A stretch of 64,000 nt of DNA from a virus. The notes beneath the pieces were generated by a model. It was given only the letters and a program-made list of their open reading frames with translations. It was not told the DNA's origin and did not search any database. A program made the position numbers and the translations under genes. Of this stretch, positions 9,282 to 17,282 are shown in pieces. Position 1 is the first letter of the stretch. Each line of letters starts with the position of its first letter. The stretch lies in the IMG/VR virus record IMGVR_UViG_3300042449_000993, positions 108,992-172,991 of that record; one strand, given 5' to 3'.

Positions 9282-9950
9282 ATGATTGTAGGTTTAGTTG
9301 GCTTTATTGGAGCAGGTAAAGGCACAGTTGCAGATCTCTTGGTGGATCGTCATGATTTCGTCAAAGAGAGTTATGCGAATAGCGTCAAAGACGCCTGTGC
9401 CACGATCTTCGGTTGGAATCGTTCCATGCTTGAAGGTGACACTCCAGGATCTAGAGCATGGCGTGAGCAGCCAGATAAGTGGTGGTCAGAAAAATTCGGT
9501 TGTGAGTTTTCACCAAGATTGGCTCTCCAACTAATGGGCACAGAGGCAGGTCGTGATGTATTTCACCCTGACCTCTGGGTTCATACTGTGATGCGACGCT
9601 GCGAACAAGCACCATGGAATAACTATGTGATTGCTGATGTTCGTTTCCCAAATGAAATTGATGCAATCGTAAAATCAGGTGGCAAAGTTATTCGCGTTCG
9701 TCGTGGTGATGATCCTGAGTGGTATAGTCTTGCTCGTGAATGCAATCTTTATAACAAACAAGAAATAATGCGCAATGCATATCCAGAAATTCATTTCAGT
9801 GAATGGGCTTGGATTGGTTCGCATTATGATATTGTGATGGATAATAATTGTTCGTTGGATGAGTTGACTGTGAGAGTTGACAAGTTGGTTGATTCGTTAT
9901 ATAATAATCGTGTTGAAGCAAATGAGGTCGTTAATTATGAAACTTTCTGA
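9282..9950 (+). CDS. gp1: deoxynucleoside monophosphate kinase (T4 gp1-like)
   Basis: GFIGAGKGT, PRLALQLMGTE, IADVRFPNE, HFSE. Confidence 0.9.
   Translation: MIVGLVGFIGAGKGTVADLLVDRHDFVKESYANSVKDACATIFGWNRSMLEGDTPGSRAWREQPDKWWSEKFGCEFSPRLALQLMGTEAGRDVFHPDLWVHTVMRRCEQAPWNNYVIADVRFPNEIDAIVKSGGKVIRVRRGDDPEWYSLARECNLYNKQEIMRNAYPEIHFSEWAWIGSHYDIVMDNNCSLDELTVRVDKLVDSLYNNRVEANEVVNYETF
9877..9905 (+). promoter_or_regulatory. consensus sigma70 promoter inside the dNMP kinase gene, upstream of gp45
   Basis: TTGACA at 9877-9882, 17 bp, TATAAT at 9900-9905. Confidence 0.75.
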
Positions 9951-10611
9951 TGATACTGTGCAAGTCCTGAAAAACTTTTCAGGCATTAATCAAAGTTTGC
10001 AGTTCAAGTCTGGCAATACTTTGAAAACTATTTCTCCACTCAAGACAATCTTCGTTGAAGCAACTGTTGGTGAGAGTTTTCCAAAAGAGTTCGCTCTTTA
10101 TGATTTGAACAAACTTTTGGCAAAGGTATCTTTGTACAAGGATGCCGAGTTGTCGTTTGACGATGACAAACTCAATATTAGTGCAAACAAGAAGTCTGAT
10201 TACATCAAGTATTGCTCGCCGAAAGTTATTGTAACTCCACCTGAGAAGGCAATCACGTTTGGTGAGCCTGATTGTTCATTCAGTCTTTCGCAAGAAGATC
10301 TTGATTGGATGCGTAAGAGTGCTGGCATCTCTGGTTCGCCCAACTTCGTGTTTGAAAGCGATGGTTCCACAATTCACTTCATTGCTACAGACGTGAAGGA
10401 TGATTCTGCTGATCAGTCCAAGATTGAAATTGGTACTGCTGAGAATGGTAAGGAATTCAAAGTTGTGATGAAGGTCGAAAACTTCAAGTTACTTGAAGGT
10501 TCGTATGACGTTGCAATTGCCAAGAAAGGTCTTGCTCGATTTAAGCACAAAACTGTTGACATCACCTATTACATTGCGATTGAAGCCGCAAGTTCAACTT
10601 TCGGAGAATAA
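9937..10611 (+). CDS. gp45: DNA polymerase sliding clamp
   Basis: MKLSDDTVQVLKNFSGINQS...FALYDL...YYIAIE; synteny with gp44/gp62/regA. Confidence 0.93.
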   Translation: MKLSDDTVQVLKNFSGINQSLQFKSGNTLKTISPLKTIFVEATVGESFPKEFALYDLNKLLAKVSLYKDAELSFDDDKLNISANKKSDYIKYCSPKVIVTPPEKAITFGEPDCSFSLSQEDLDWMRKSAGISGSPNFVFESDGSTIHFIATDVKDDSADQSKIEIGTAENGKEFKVVMKVENFKLLEGSYDVAIAKKGLARFKHKTVDITYYIAIEAASSTFGE

Positions 10612-10850
10612 TGATGGCACTTGATAAAGTAAAGGTATTGGGATGCCTTCAAGAAATCTCCAACTCACTCACTCGTATTGAGGCTGAACGTGATCTGATT
10701 AAAGACATTCTTCAGAAGATGCAAGACGAATGTGAGATTCCAAAGAAGTTGGCTCGTAAACTGGCGCGTGTTTACCACAAACGTAATTATGAGGAAGAAG
10801 TCGCAGAGCAGAGCGATTTCCAAACCATTTACGAAAACGTGGCTAAATAA
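10611..10850 (+). CDS. dsbA: double-stranded DNA-binding protein (T4 DsbA-like)
   Basis: Helical EISNSLTRIEAERDLIKDI...KLARVYHK pattern. Confidence 0.6.
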   Translation: MMALDKVKVLGCLQEISNSLTRIEAERDLIKDILQKMQDECEIPKKLARKLARVYHKRNYEEEVAEQSDFQTIYENVAK

Positions 10851-10856
10851 AAATAT

Positions 10857-10930
10857 TGGGGTGCAATACTCTAAGTTGACGGCACTATCCGCCAGACTGC
10901 TCGCCGTGGGAGTTCACCTTCCCCACCCCA
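10857..10930 (+). ncRNA. candidate structured RNA, tRNA-like four-way junction
   Basis: Closing stem TGGGGTG/CACCCCA with three contiguous arms CAAT/GTTG, ACGGC/GCCGT and GGGAG/TTCCC; lies just after CTAAATA at 10843. Confidence 0.4.
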
Positions 10931-10951
10931 TCTTCTCTTCGGAGTTATATT

Positions 10952-11119
10952 ATGCATAAAGATGATCTAAAAGTATTGATTATTATTCTTTTATTCGCCG
11001 CATTCGCTCTCGTCAACACATTTTTTCTTTGGGTTCCTGCATCAGCACCACCTGTAATGTTGGTGTTGTTCGTTGGATTGTATTCGATATGGGAGCATAA
11101 GTATGGCAACAAGGCGTAA
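10952..11119 (+). CDS. small membrane protein (55 aa, not in ORF track)
   Basis: SD GGAG at 10941; MHKDDLKVLIIILLFAAFALVNTFFLWVPASAPPVMLVLFVGLYSIWEHKYGNKA has two hydrophobic segments. Confidence 0.65.
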   Translation: MHKDDLKVLIIILLFAAFALVNTFFLWVPASAPPVMLVLFVGLYSIWEHKYGNKA

Positions 11120-11423
11120 TTTTTTCAAGTATCTTGGTCTTGCTGGTGGTGTTGCTGGCGGTGGTATTGTAGCCGCCGCCGCTGTTCTTCCTGATGCTGA
11201 TAAGTGTAAGGCAATAGAAGAAATTAAAGCCGCTGGTTACAATGGCAAGTTAAACATTGGCACTGAGTATGGTGAACTTGCATCACCAGACGGCACTATC
11301 AGTTGTGGTCCCAAATTTGTTCCAGGAACACAAAAGCATGTAACCGCAAGTATGACCGTCGGTCCTGATGGCGAGATGTACTTGATGACAAACGGAAAAT
11401 GGCGTAGAATAGTGACTGAATAA
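11103..11423 (+). CDS. protein with twin-arginine (Tat) signal peptide
   Basis: MATRRNFFKYLGLAGGVAGGGIVAAAA matches S/T-R-R-x-F-(L/F)-K plus a hydrophobic stretch. Confidence 0.65.
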   Translation: MATRRNFFKYLGLAGGVAGGGIVAAAAVLPDADKCKAIEEIKAAGYNGKLNIGTEYGELASPDGTISCGPKFVPGTQKHVTASMTVGPDGEMYLMTNGKWRRIVTE

Positions 11424-11441
11424 ACAATCAGGAGTTACATT

Positions 11442-12380
11442 ATGAATGAAGCGTTGTGGGTTGAAAAATACCGTCCTCATACTATTGCCGATTGTATTCT
11501 TCCTGATGAATACAAGGCAACTTTCCAATCTTATGTTGATCGCAAAGAGATTCCCCATCTCTTGCTTTGCGGTGGTCCAGGCACAGGCAAGACCACAGTC
11601 GCACGTGCATTGTGTGATGAAATTGGCTGTGATTATCTAATGATCAATGGCTCGGATGAATCAGGCATTGACACATTCAGAACAAAGATCAAAAACTATG
11701 CCAGTGCAATGTCAATGACTGGTGGCAAGAAAGTCATCATCATTGATGAAGCAGATTATCTAAATCCAAACTCAACTCAGCCAGCCATGCGTGCGGCAAT
11801 GGAAGAGTTTGCGCATAACTGTACGTTCATCATGACTTGTAATTTCAAGAATCGTATCATTGAACCATTGCATAGTCGTTGCGCTGTTATTGAATTTAAA
11901 CTGCGCAAAGAGGATAAGCCAAAGATGGCTGCTTCGTTTATGAAGCGTGCTGCTGAGATTTTGGCGAATGAAAAAGTTCCTTATGATAAGGCAGTTCTTG
12001 TTGAAGTTGTCAAGAAGCACTTCCCAGATTATCGTCGCATTCTGAATGAACTTCAGAGATATTCTGTTAGCGGTAGAATTGACACTGGTATTCTCACGAG
12101 CATTGCTGATGTTTCTTTAAATGATCTTGTGACGTCACTCAAAGATCAAAACTTCAGCGCAATGCGTAAGTGGGTTGCTGACTTTGGTGGTGATGATCCT
12201 GCAAAGATCTATCGTAAAATCTATGACAGTCTGTATGACATTATGGACAAGTCTACGATTCCAAATGCTGTGCTAATCCTCGCCAAGTATCAATATCAAG
12301 CAGCGTTTGTCGCCGATCAGGAACTGAACCTCACCGCATGTCTAACCGAGATGATGGTGGAGTGTAAGTTCAATGGCTGA
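11442..12380 (+). CDS. gp44: clamp loader large subunit
   Basis: LWVEKYRP, GGPGTGKTT, IIIDEAD, PLHSRC. Confidence 0.95.
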   Translation: MNEALWVEKYRPHTIADCILPDEYKATFQSYVDRKEIPHLLLCGGPGTGKTTVARALCDEIGCDYLMINGSDESGIDTFRTKIKNYASAMSMTGGKKVIIIDEADYLNPNSTQPAMRAAMEEFAHNCTFIMTCNFKNRIIEPLHSRCAVIEFKLRKEDKPKMAASFMKRAAEILANEKVPYDKAVLVEVVKKHFPDYRRILNELQRYSVSGRIDTGILTSIADVSLNDLVTSLKDQNFSAMRKWVADFGGDDPAKIYRKIYDSLYDIMDKSTIPNAVLILAKYQYQAAFVADQELNLTACLTEMMVECKFNG

Positions 12381-12750
12381 TCTATTTAAAGAAATCATTC
12401 CGTCTATTCTACAGACGAAAGAATATGCGCTCCTGACAGAACAGGATGAAAAGACATATTCATCGTTTATGGTGAATCGTGCACTCTCATTTCATCGCGA
12501 TACCGTTTTATTCGCAAATGAGATGAATAAGTACCCGAATCTCGATAATAAACTCAAATATGACTTTCTCCTAAATATAATACGAGCCCAAAAGCGTCCA
12601 TACTCAAAGTGGCACAAGAAGGCTAAAAGCAGTGATTTGGAAGCGGTCAAAGAATATTATGGTTACTCCGATGCAAAGGCAGAGGAAGCATTAAAAATTC
12701 TAGACGACGCTCAAATCGAATTGATAAAAGAACAATTATATAAGGGTTAG
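12373..12750 (+). CDS. gp62: clamp loader small subunit
   Basis: FMVNRALS..DT..ANEMN, YDFLLN, VKEYYGYS..KA; synteny. Confidence 0.92.
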   Translation: MADLFKEIIPSILQTKEYALLTEQDEKTYSSFMVNRALSFHRDTVLFANEMNKYPNLDNKLKYDFLLNIIRAQKRPYSKWHKKAKSSDLEAVKEYYGYSDAKAEEALKILDDAQIELIKEQLYKG

Positions 12751-12753
12751 AAC

Positions 12754-13155
12754 ATGAGCGTTGATAAACTAGTTGAAGTCACTCTTGGGCAGCAGGATGA
12801 TTTTCTAAAAGTTCGCGAGACACTCACTCGCATTGGTGTAGCAGCAAAAAACGATAACATCCTATACCAATCCTGCCACATTCTTCATAAACAAGGAAAG
12901 TATTATATCGTTCATTTCAAGGAACTCTTTGAATTGGACGGTAAGCCATCAAACATGTCAGATAATGACATTCAGCGACGCAACACGATTGCGAATCTAA
13001 TGGCTGAGTGGGGACTAGTCAAACTCGTAGATCCAGATAAGACAAAGGATAATGTCGCACCATTAAGTCAGATTAAAATTCTTCCATTCAAAGAGAAGAA
13101 CGATTGGCAATTGGTTTCCAAGTATACAATCGGGAAGAAAAAGAAGGAAGGATAA
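12754..13155 (+). CDS. regA: translational repressor RegA
   Basis: DDFLKVRETLTRIG, LYQSCHILHKQGKYYIVHFKELF. Confidence 0.96.
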   Translation: MSVDKLVEVTLGQQDDFLKVRETLTRIGVAAKNDNILYQSCHILHKQGKYYIVHFKELFELDGKPSNMSDNDIQRRNTIANLMAEWGLVKLVDPDKTKDNVAPLSQIKILPFKEKNDWQLVSKYTIGKKKKEG

Positions 13156-13158
13156 TTT

Positions 13159-13788
13159 ATGCTTGTGATGAATGTGTATAAACTTCGTGATGATATTGAA
13201 CTTCCAACATACGGCACTTCTTTAGCAAACTGTTTTGATTTGTCATTCCAACCAACATCAAATGTTGTAAATGGATATGATTCATTTAACGCACCTGTTG
13301 AAAGAGAAGTAAATGGATTTGGTGAAGTTTCTATCTATCCTGGTGATCGTTTATTGATCCCAACTGGATTAATTTTCAAAATCGAACGTTATGTTACGAT
13401 TGAAACATTTGCAGACATTGCACGACATGATGCTGAACTTCCGCTTCAGAACTATAGCATTCGTCTTCATCCTCGCTCAGGACTTTCGCTTAAGAAAGGA
13501 TTGATCCTAGCAAACAGCGAAGGCATCGTTGATGTTGATTATCAAGAAGAAGTGTTTGTGCTTTTGACAAACGTTTCCAAGATGCATCAGACAATTCGTC
13601 GCGGCGATCGTATTGCTCAGGCTGAAGTTGTATCAAACAATCCATTCGCATTTAAAGTTATCGCATTAAGACCAGAGAAGCATTCTGAAAGATCTGGTGG
13701 ATTTGGTTCAACTGGGATTTCGTTGAATACAGAAACTCCGCCAATGGAAGAATGGCACGTCGACGGACCAACAGAGTTTCCTAAATAG
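13159..13788 (+). CDS. dut: trimeric dUTPase
   Basis: FDL, IPTGL, PRSGLSLK, GIVDVDY, GDRIAQ, RSGGFGSTG. Confidence 0.92.
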   Translation: MLVMNVYKLRDDIELPTYGTSLANCFDLSFQPTSNVVNGYDSFNAPVEREVNGFGEVSIYPGDRLLIPTGLIFKIERYVTIETFADIARHDAELPLQNYSIRLHPRSGLSLKKGLILANSEGIVDVDYQEEVFVLLTNVSKMHQTIRRGDRIAQAEVVSNNPFAFKVIALRPEKHSERSGGFGSTGISLNTETPPMEEWHVDGPTEFPK

Positions 13789-13852
13789 AATTGGAATGCC
13801 CATTTGGGGTTCCGTTTCTAAAATGTCACTTGCTTATTAAAGGAGTACACAA
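13781..13852 (+). promoter_or_regulatory. late-type promoter (CTAAATA) and ROSE-like RNA thermometer 5' UTR of hsp20
   Basis: CTAAATA at 13781; hairpin 13793-13813; CTTGCTT-ATTA-AAGGAG (13829-13845) pairs the SD with a bulged G. Confidence 0.55.
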
Positions 13853-14293
13853 ATGACAAATATCACTACACTTTCGTCAACCTACGGACTCGATCGTCTT
13901 CTACCAACCGCTCTTGGGTTTGAGAATTCGTTCGCAGCTCTCGATAATGCTGCTCATCTATTTACAGCATCTCAAACTGCATTTCCTCCAGTGAACATCG
14001 TCAAGAAAGACGAATACAACTTTATCATTGAACTTGCAGTTGCTGGATACAAACAAGATGAGATTGAAATCACTGCCGAGAGAAACTCTCTCAAAGTCAC
14101 AGGCAAAAAGTCAGAAGAAGAAGATCGCAATTATCTTGTAAAGGGTATTGCTGGTCGTAAATTCTCACGCCAATTTGTTTTGTCTGACACAGTAGTGGTT
14201 CGTGATGCAAACCTTGCTGATGGTATTCTTTCTATTGAACTAGAAAATGTCATTCCTGAAGAACAGAAGCCTCGTAAGATTGAAATCAAATAA
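13853..14293 (+). CDS. hsp20: small heat shock protein (Hsp20/IbpA-like)
   Basis: FPPVNI, IELAVAG, KGIAGRKFSRQFVL, LADGILSIELE, IPEEQKPRKIEI. Confidence 0.95.
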   Translation: MTNITTLSSTYGLDRLLPTALGFENSFAALDNAAHLFTASQTAFPPVNIVKKDEYNFIIELAVAGYKQDEIEITAERNSLKVTGKKSEEEDRNYLVKGIAGRKFSRQFVLSDTVVVRDANLADGILSIELENVIPEEQKPRKIEIK

Positions 14294-14403
14294 TGCAATC
14301 ACTAGAAATCTTTATCTTACTTTTAATTGGTGCTTTTAGCATCGCATATTTCTTTAGAGATAAATCTAAAAATAGGGAAAAAGAAGATAACTGGTTTCTA
14401 TAA
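14293..14403 (+). CDS. small membrane peptide (36 aa, not in ORF track)
   Basis: TAATG coupling to hsp20; MQSLEIFILLLIGAFSIAYFFRDKSKNREKEDNWFL. Confidence 0.5.
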   Translation: MQSLEIFILLLIGAFSIAYFFRDKSKNREKEDNWFL

Positions 14404-14418
14404 CTGAGAAAACATATT

Positions 14419-14898
14419 ATGCATAATGATGAATTAACGTGGGATGAATTGTTTATCTTACAGGCTACTCTGATCTCTCAGAAAAGCAAGGACCCGTCGA
14501 CAAAGGTGGGGTGTATTATTGTCAATGATGATAATGTCATCTTGTCGACGGGTTTTAATGGATTCCCTCGAGGAATCGAAGAAGATTGGAAAGATCGATG
14601 GAAGAGTCCAGAAAAGTATCACTGGGTTGAGCATGCTGAACGCAATGCAATCTTCAACGCCGCACGTGTTGGTGTTTCACTCAACAATTCTCGTGCATAT
14701 CTAAACTGGGAACCAAAGCCATGCGCTGATTGCACACGCGCATTGATCCAAGCAGGAATCAAGGAAGTCATCGGACCAAACCGACCATTCTCTGGTAAGG
14801 GTGCAGGAAAGCATTACTCGATCGAGCACGCAGAAGTCATGCTGCGCGAGGCTGGTGTTAAAATTAGAACATGGGATATGCCAAAAGAACTCATATGA
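14419..14898 (+). CDS. cd: dCMP deaminase
   Basis: SKDPSTKVG, TGFNG, HAERNAI and PCADC zinc motifs. Confidence 0.92.
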   Translation: MHNDELTWDELFILQATLISQKSKDPSTKVGCIIVNDDNVILSTGFNGFPRGIEEDWKDRWKSPEKYHWVEHAERNAIFNAARVGVSLNNSRAYLNWEPKPCADCTRALIQAGIKEVIGPNRPFSGKGAGKHYSIEHAEVMLREAGVKIRTWDMPKELI

Positions 14899-15359
14899 GT
14901 ATACACGACCCTCATGAATTCATAAAATATAAATTGTCAGCTGACACTCATGTTCGCGATGGAAGAAATCTATACGAACATTTATGCAATGTTGAAAAAA
15001 TTCTCAAAATTTGTGGATGTGATGACAGCGTTTGTTTAGCTGGATTATTTCATAGTGTTTATGGCACATCAAAATGGCGTCATGAAAGTATTAGAGATAG
15101 AGAATTGGTTAGAAGTATCATTGGAGAAAGAGCAGAACATCTTGTTTGGATTTTCAGTAATGCAAAAAGACCATTTTGTTGGTTGTTTGGAGAAAATATT
15201 CCAATGACTGATGGATCATTTGCTCGCGTTGATCGTGATACATTGCATGACCTTCATATGATTGAGGGTGCGAATCTCCTCGAGCAACAGGGTGGGTTGG
15301 TTGAGATACTTTCATTCGCCTCTATGCAGAGCCCAGAGGAACTCCGAGGAGAGAGATAA
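14895..15359 (+). CDS. HD-like domain protein (DUF6817-like)
   Basis: HVRDGRNLYEHL...CLAGLFHSVYGT...IGERAEHLV. Confidence 0.6.
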   Translation: MSIHDPHEFIKYKLSADTHVRDGRNLYEHLCNVEKILKICGCDDSVCLAGLFHSVYGTSKWRHESIRDRELVRSIIGERAEHLVWIFSNAKRPFCWLFGENIPMTDGSFARVDRDTLHDLHMIEGANLLEQQGGLVEILSFASMQSPEELRGER

Positions 15360-15416
15360 GGGTATCGGGAACCCTAAAACAACGCCGCTCTCTCGGCTCT
15401 CTCCTCGGCGAGAGAG
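15344..15416. repeat. inverted repeats forming alternative hairpins
   Basis: CCGAGGAGAGAG (15344-15355) is the reverse complement of 15397-15408; CTCTCTCG (15388-15395) is the reverse complement of CGAGAGAG (15409-15416); inner AGGGT/ACCCT stem. Confidence 0.6.
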
Positions 15417-15421
15417 GATGC

Positions 15422-15489
15422 CGTAAGTTATTGATTTTATTCGATTTTTCTCTGTTGTGTTTTCCTGTGATTCAGGTAGAATATGCAAT
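15422..15489 (+). promoter_or_regulatory. repeated promoter element, copy 1
   Basis: CGTAAGTTATTGATTTTATTCG (15422-15443), then TTGTGT-16bp-TAGAAT, ATG at 15490. Confidence 0.65.
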
Positions 15490-15675
15490 ATGAGTAAGCA
15501 ATATCACTTTATCGACGCCCAAAACGACAAGTTCGGTGCCCGACACACACTCTGGCATGTTGGGAATTATCACTATCAGATTGAATGCCGCTCTACTGGC
15601 AACAAAATCGACCTTCCTGACACCAGTTTCGAACAGGCAAAACAGGTGTTCGAGGACGTGCTCGTAAGTTATTGA
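15490..15675 (+). CDS. hypothetical protein
   Basis: ATG 15490 directly after the repeated promoter; 61 aa. Confidence 0.6.
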   Translation: MSKQYHFIDAQNDKFGARHTLWHVGNYHYQIECRSTGNKIDLPDTSFEQAKQVFEDVLVSY

Positions 15676-15729
15676 TTTTATTCGGTTTTTTCCTATTGCG
15701 TTTTTCTTGGTTTCAGTTAGAATATAATT
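15663..15729 (+). promoter_or_regulatory. repeated promoter element, copy 2
   Basis: Identical 22-mer at 15663-15684, then TTGCGT-16bp-TAGAAT, ATG at 15730. Confidence 0.65.
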
Positions 15730-16002
15730 ATGAAAAGCGAAAACACTATTGTAAAAATCGGTGACGTTGTTAAGTCTCTTGACTTCGTTGGTATCAATGA
15801 CTGTTATTATGTCGGTCTCGTGGTCGGCATCAGCAAGATGGATGGCACTTTCCGCGCCAAGACCATCAAGCGTGTGTGGCAGGGTCAGTTGGACAAGAAG
15901 TTTCCGTCTGACTTCTTCACTGCTCCGCTTCCTGGCAATTCTTTCTTCGACGATATGGCTGAAGAAAAGGGTGTCGATTCTCGCGTGCAGGTGGTTGCCT
16001 AA
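15730..16002 (+). CDS. hypothetical protein (possible SH3-like fold)
   Basis: VKIGDVVKSLDF..CYYVGLVVG pattern; follows the repeated promoter. Confidence 0.65.
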   Translation: MKSENTIVKIGDVVKSLDFVGINDCYYVGLVVGISKMDGTFRAKTIKRVWQGQLDKKFPSDFFTAPLPGNSFFDDMAEEKGVDSRVQVVA

Positions 16003-16226
16003 TGAACATCGATGACCGACATGGTAGTCCGTATGATCGTGGTCGCGCTGACAGTTATTATCGTCGCGCTCGAAGTCCGCACTATATGAAAAGTGACATC
16101 AATGGTTATGTGACTTTCAATAGTGCTCGCGTGTTCGAGAAAGAAATGACTGCGAAACAAATTGTTGAGTACAATCTTGGCTTCGACGTGAATGAAGCAG
16201 AACAAAATTTTAAGGAGTGGGAATAA
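16002..16226 (+). CDS. conserved phage hypothetical protein
   Basis: RHGSPYDRGRADSYYRR..PHY...Y..GF...KEW; TAATG coupling. Confidence 0.7.
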   Translation: MNIDDRHGSPYDRGRADSYYRRARSPHYMKSDINGYVTFNSARVFEKEMTAKQIVEYNLGFDVNEAEQNFKEWE

Positions 16227-16227
16227 T

Positions 16228-16452
16228 ATGAGAAAGCAAACTGAAACTTTGCTGAGTGAGGCGATCGATCTGGTGAACGGTGTCGATCATGTTCTGGCGA
16301 ACACCATGACTCAGTATGATCTGAGTGCCAAGGATTGCTACAACATGGCAGAGAAACTTGAGCGTGCGTGTCATGCACTGCTTGTTGTTGGTGATCGCAA
16401 GACGCAACAGGATCTGAACAAGATTCCGATGGGTGAAGGAGTGCCGTTCTAA
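16228..16452 (+). CDS. hypothetical protein
   Basis: ATG 16228 after AAGGAG; tight packing with neighbours. Confidence 0.6.
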   Translation: MRKQTETLLSEAIDLVNGVDHVLANTMTQYDLSAKDCYNMAEKLERACHALLVVGDRKTQQDLNKIPMGEGVPF

Positions 16453-16685
16453 TGGGATACTTCAAAAATTTAGAAATTGATGTCATTGAGATGTATCGCG
16501 TTGATGGTCTCAAGGAAGCAGAGATTGCAAAGATCACTGGCTTGTTATTGAGTGAAGTCAACGAGATTCTTGCTGCGTATGAGAATCGCGATGCTGACTA
16601 CAATGAATATGATACTGACATGGTCAGTTACGATGATCTGTCTTTTGATCCAGGTGACATTGACTACAATGCGGAGCATTACTAA
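16452..16685 (+). CDS. hypothetical protein (short HTH-like segment, acidic tail)
   Basis: GLKEAEIAKITGLLLSEVNEIL; TAATG coupling. Confidence 0.6.
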   Translation: MGYFKNLEIDVIEMYRVDGLKEAEIAKITGLLLSEVNEILAAYENRDADYNEYDTDMVSYDDLSFDPGDIDYNAEHY

Positions 16686-16876
16686 TGGAAGACATGATGA
16701 CAGAAAGCGAAATCTTTGCACTTTGCGTTAAAATGCAACATCTTGGGTATGCAGTTATTTGCTTCACTCCAGAAGAATTGCGTGGTGCAGATCCTGGTCA
16801 TGTTCAAGATCGTTTGGTTGAATTGGGTTGGGATGTAATTGATACTCTTGCCACTGAACCACGTGAGGGCGAATAA
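16685..16876 (+). CDS. hypothetical protein
   Basis: Coupled ORF with GYAVICFTPEELRG. Confidence 0.6.
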   Translation: MEDMMTESEIFALCVKMQHLGYAVICFTPEELRGADPGHVQDRLVELGWDVIDTLATEPREGE

Positions 16877-17097
16877 TGACAAACGAGTATCGTCGTTCTG
16901 TTCTTGCCCCCAAAGAGCGAGTAAAGTTTGATCCCCGCAATCGCAAGCACATGCTTGATTTTGCTAAATTTGTGAAGTATAATAGTTGGACAAACGGTTG
17001 CTCTTATTTCTTAGAAGATCCATACACGGATATTCCTTCCATGATTCGAGCAAAAATTGCTGATCACACATTATCTAAACTGGTGGAAAAAGTATGA
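16876..17097 (+). CDS. hypothetical protein
   Basis: Coupled ORF with RVKFDPRN..H...F.KYNSW..GC.YFLE.PY. Confidence 0.65.
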   Translation: MTNEYRRSVLAPKERVKFDPRNRKHMLDFAKFVKYNSWTNGCSYFLEDPYTDIPSMIRAKIADHTLSKLVEKV

Positions 17098-17282
17098 GCG
17101 AAGGTGACTTTGAAGTATTAACACTCGGCACAATCGAAGAACTTCGAACTCTTCGAAAATTTGCAAAAGAAATGATTGCATTCAGTAAAATACATGACAT
17201 GCCTCTGCCGCATGAGATGCGTGTAGGAATTACTGCATTAGAAGAGTTTTATCAAAGTCACATTGAGAAGTATCCGCAATGA
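17094..17282 (+). CDS. hypothetical protein
   Basis: ATGA overlap with the previous ORF. Confidence 0.55.
   Translation: MSEGDFEVLTLGTIEELRTLRKFAKEMIAFSKIHDMPLPHEMRVGITALEEFYQSHIEKYPQ

Noticed and set aside
10857-10930. Canonical tRNA gene
   Set aside because: It lacks the U8/A14 and GG D-loop, a 7-nt anticodon loop and the TTCRA T-loop; kept only as a tRNA-like candidate.
13159-14898. dUTPase and dCMP deaminase as proof of which base is modified
   Set aside because: Both occur in ordinary T-containing phages and in hmU phages, so they are not diagnostic.
15422-15684. 22-bp direct repeat as a mini-CRISPR or att site
   Set aside because: There are only two copies 241 bp apart, each followed by aligned -35/-10 boxes and an ATG, and no cas or integrase gene in the window.
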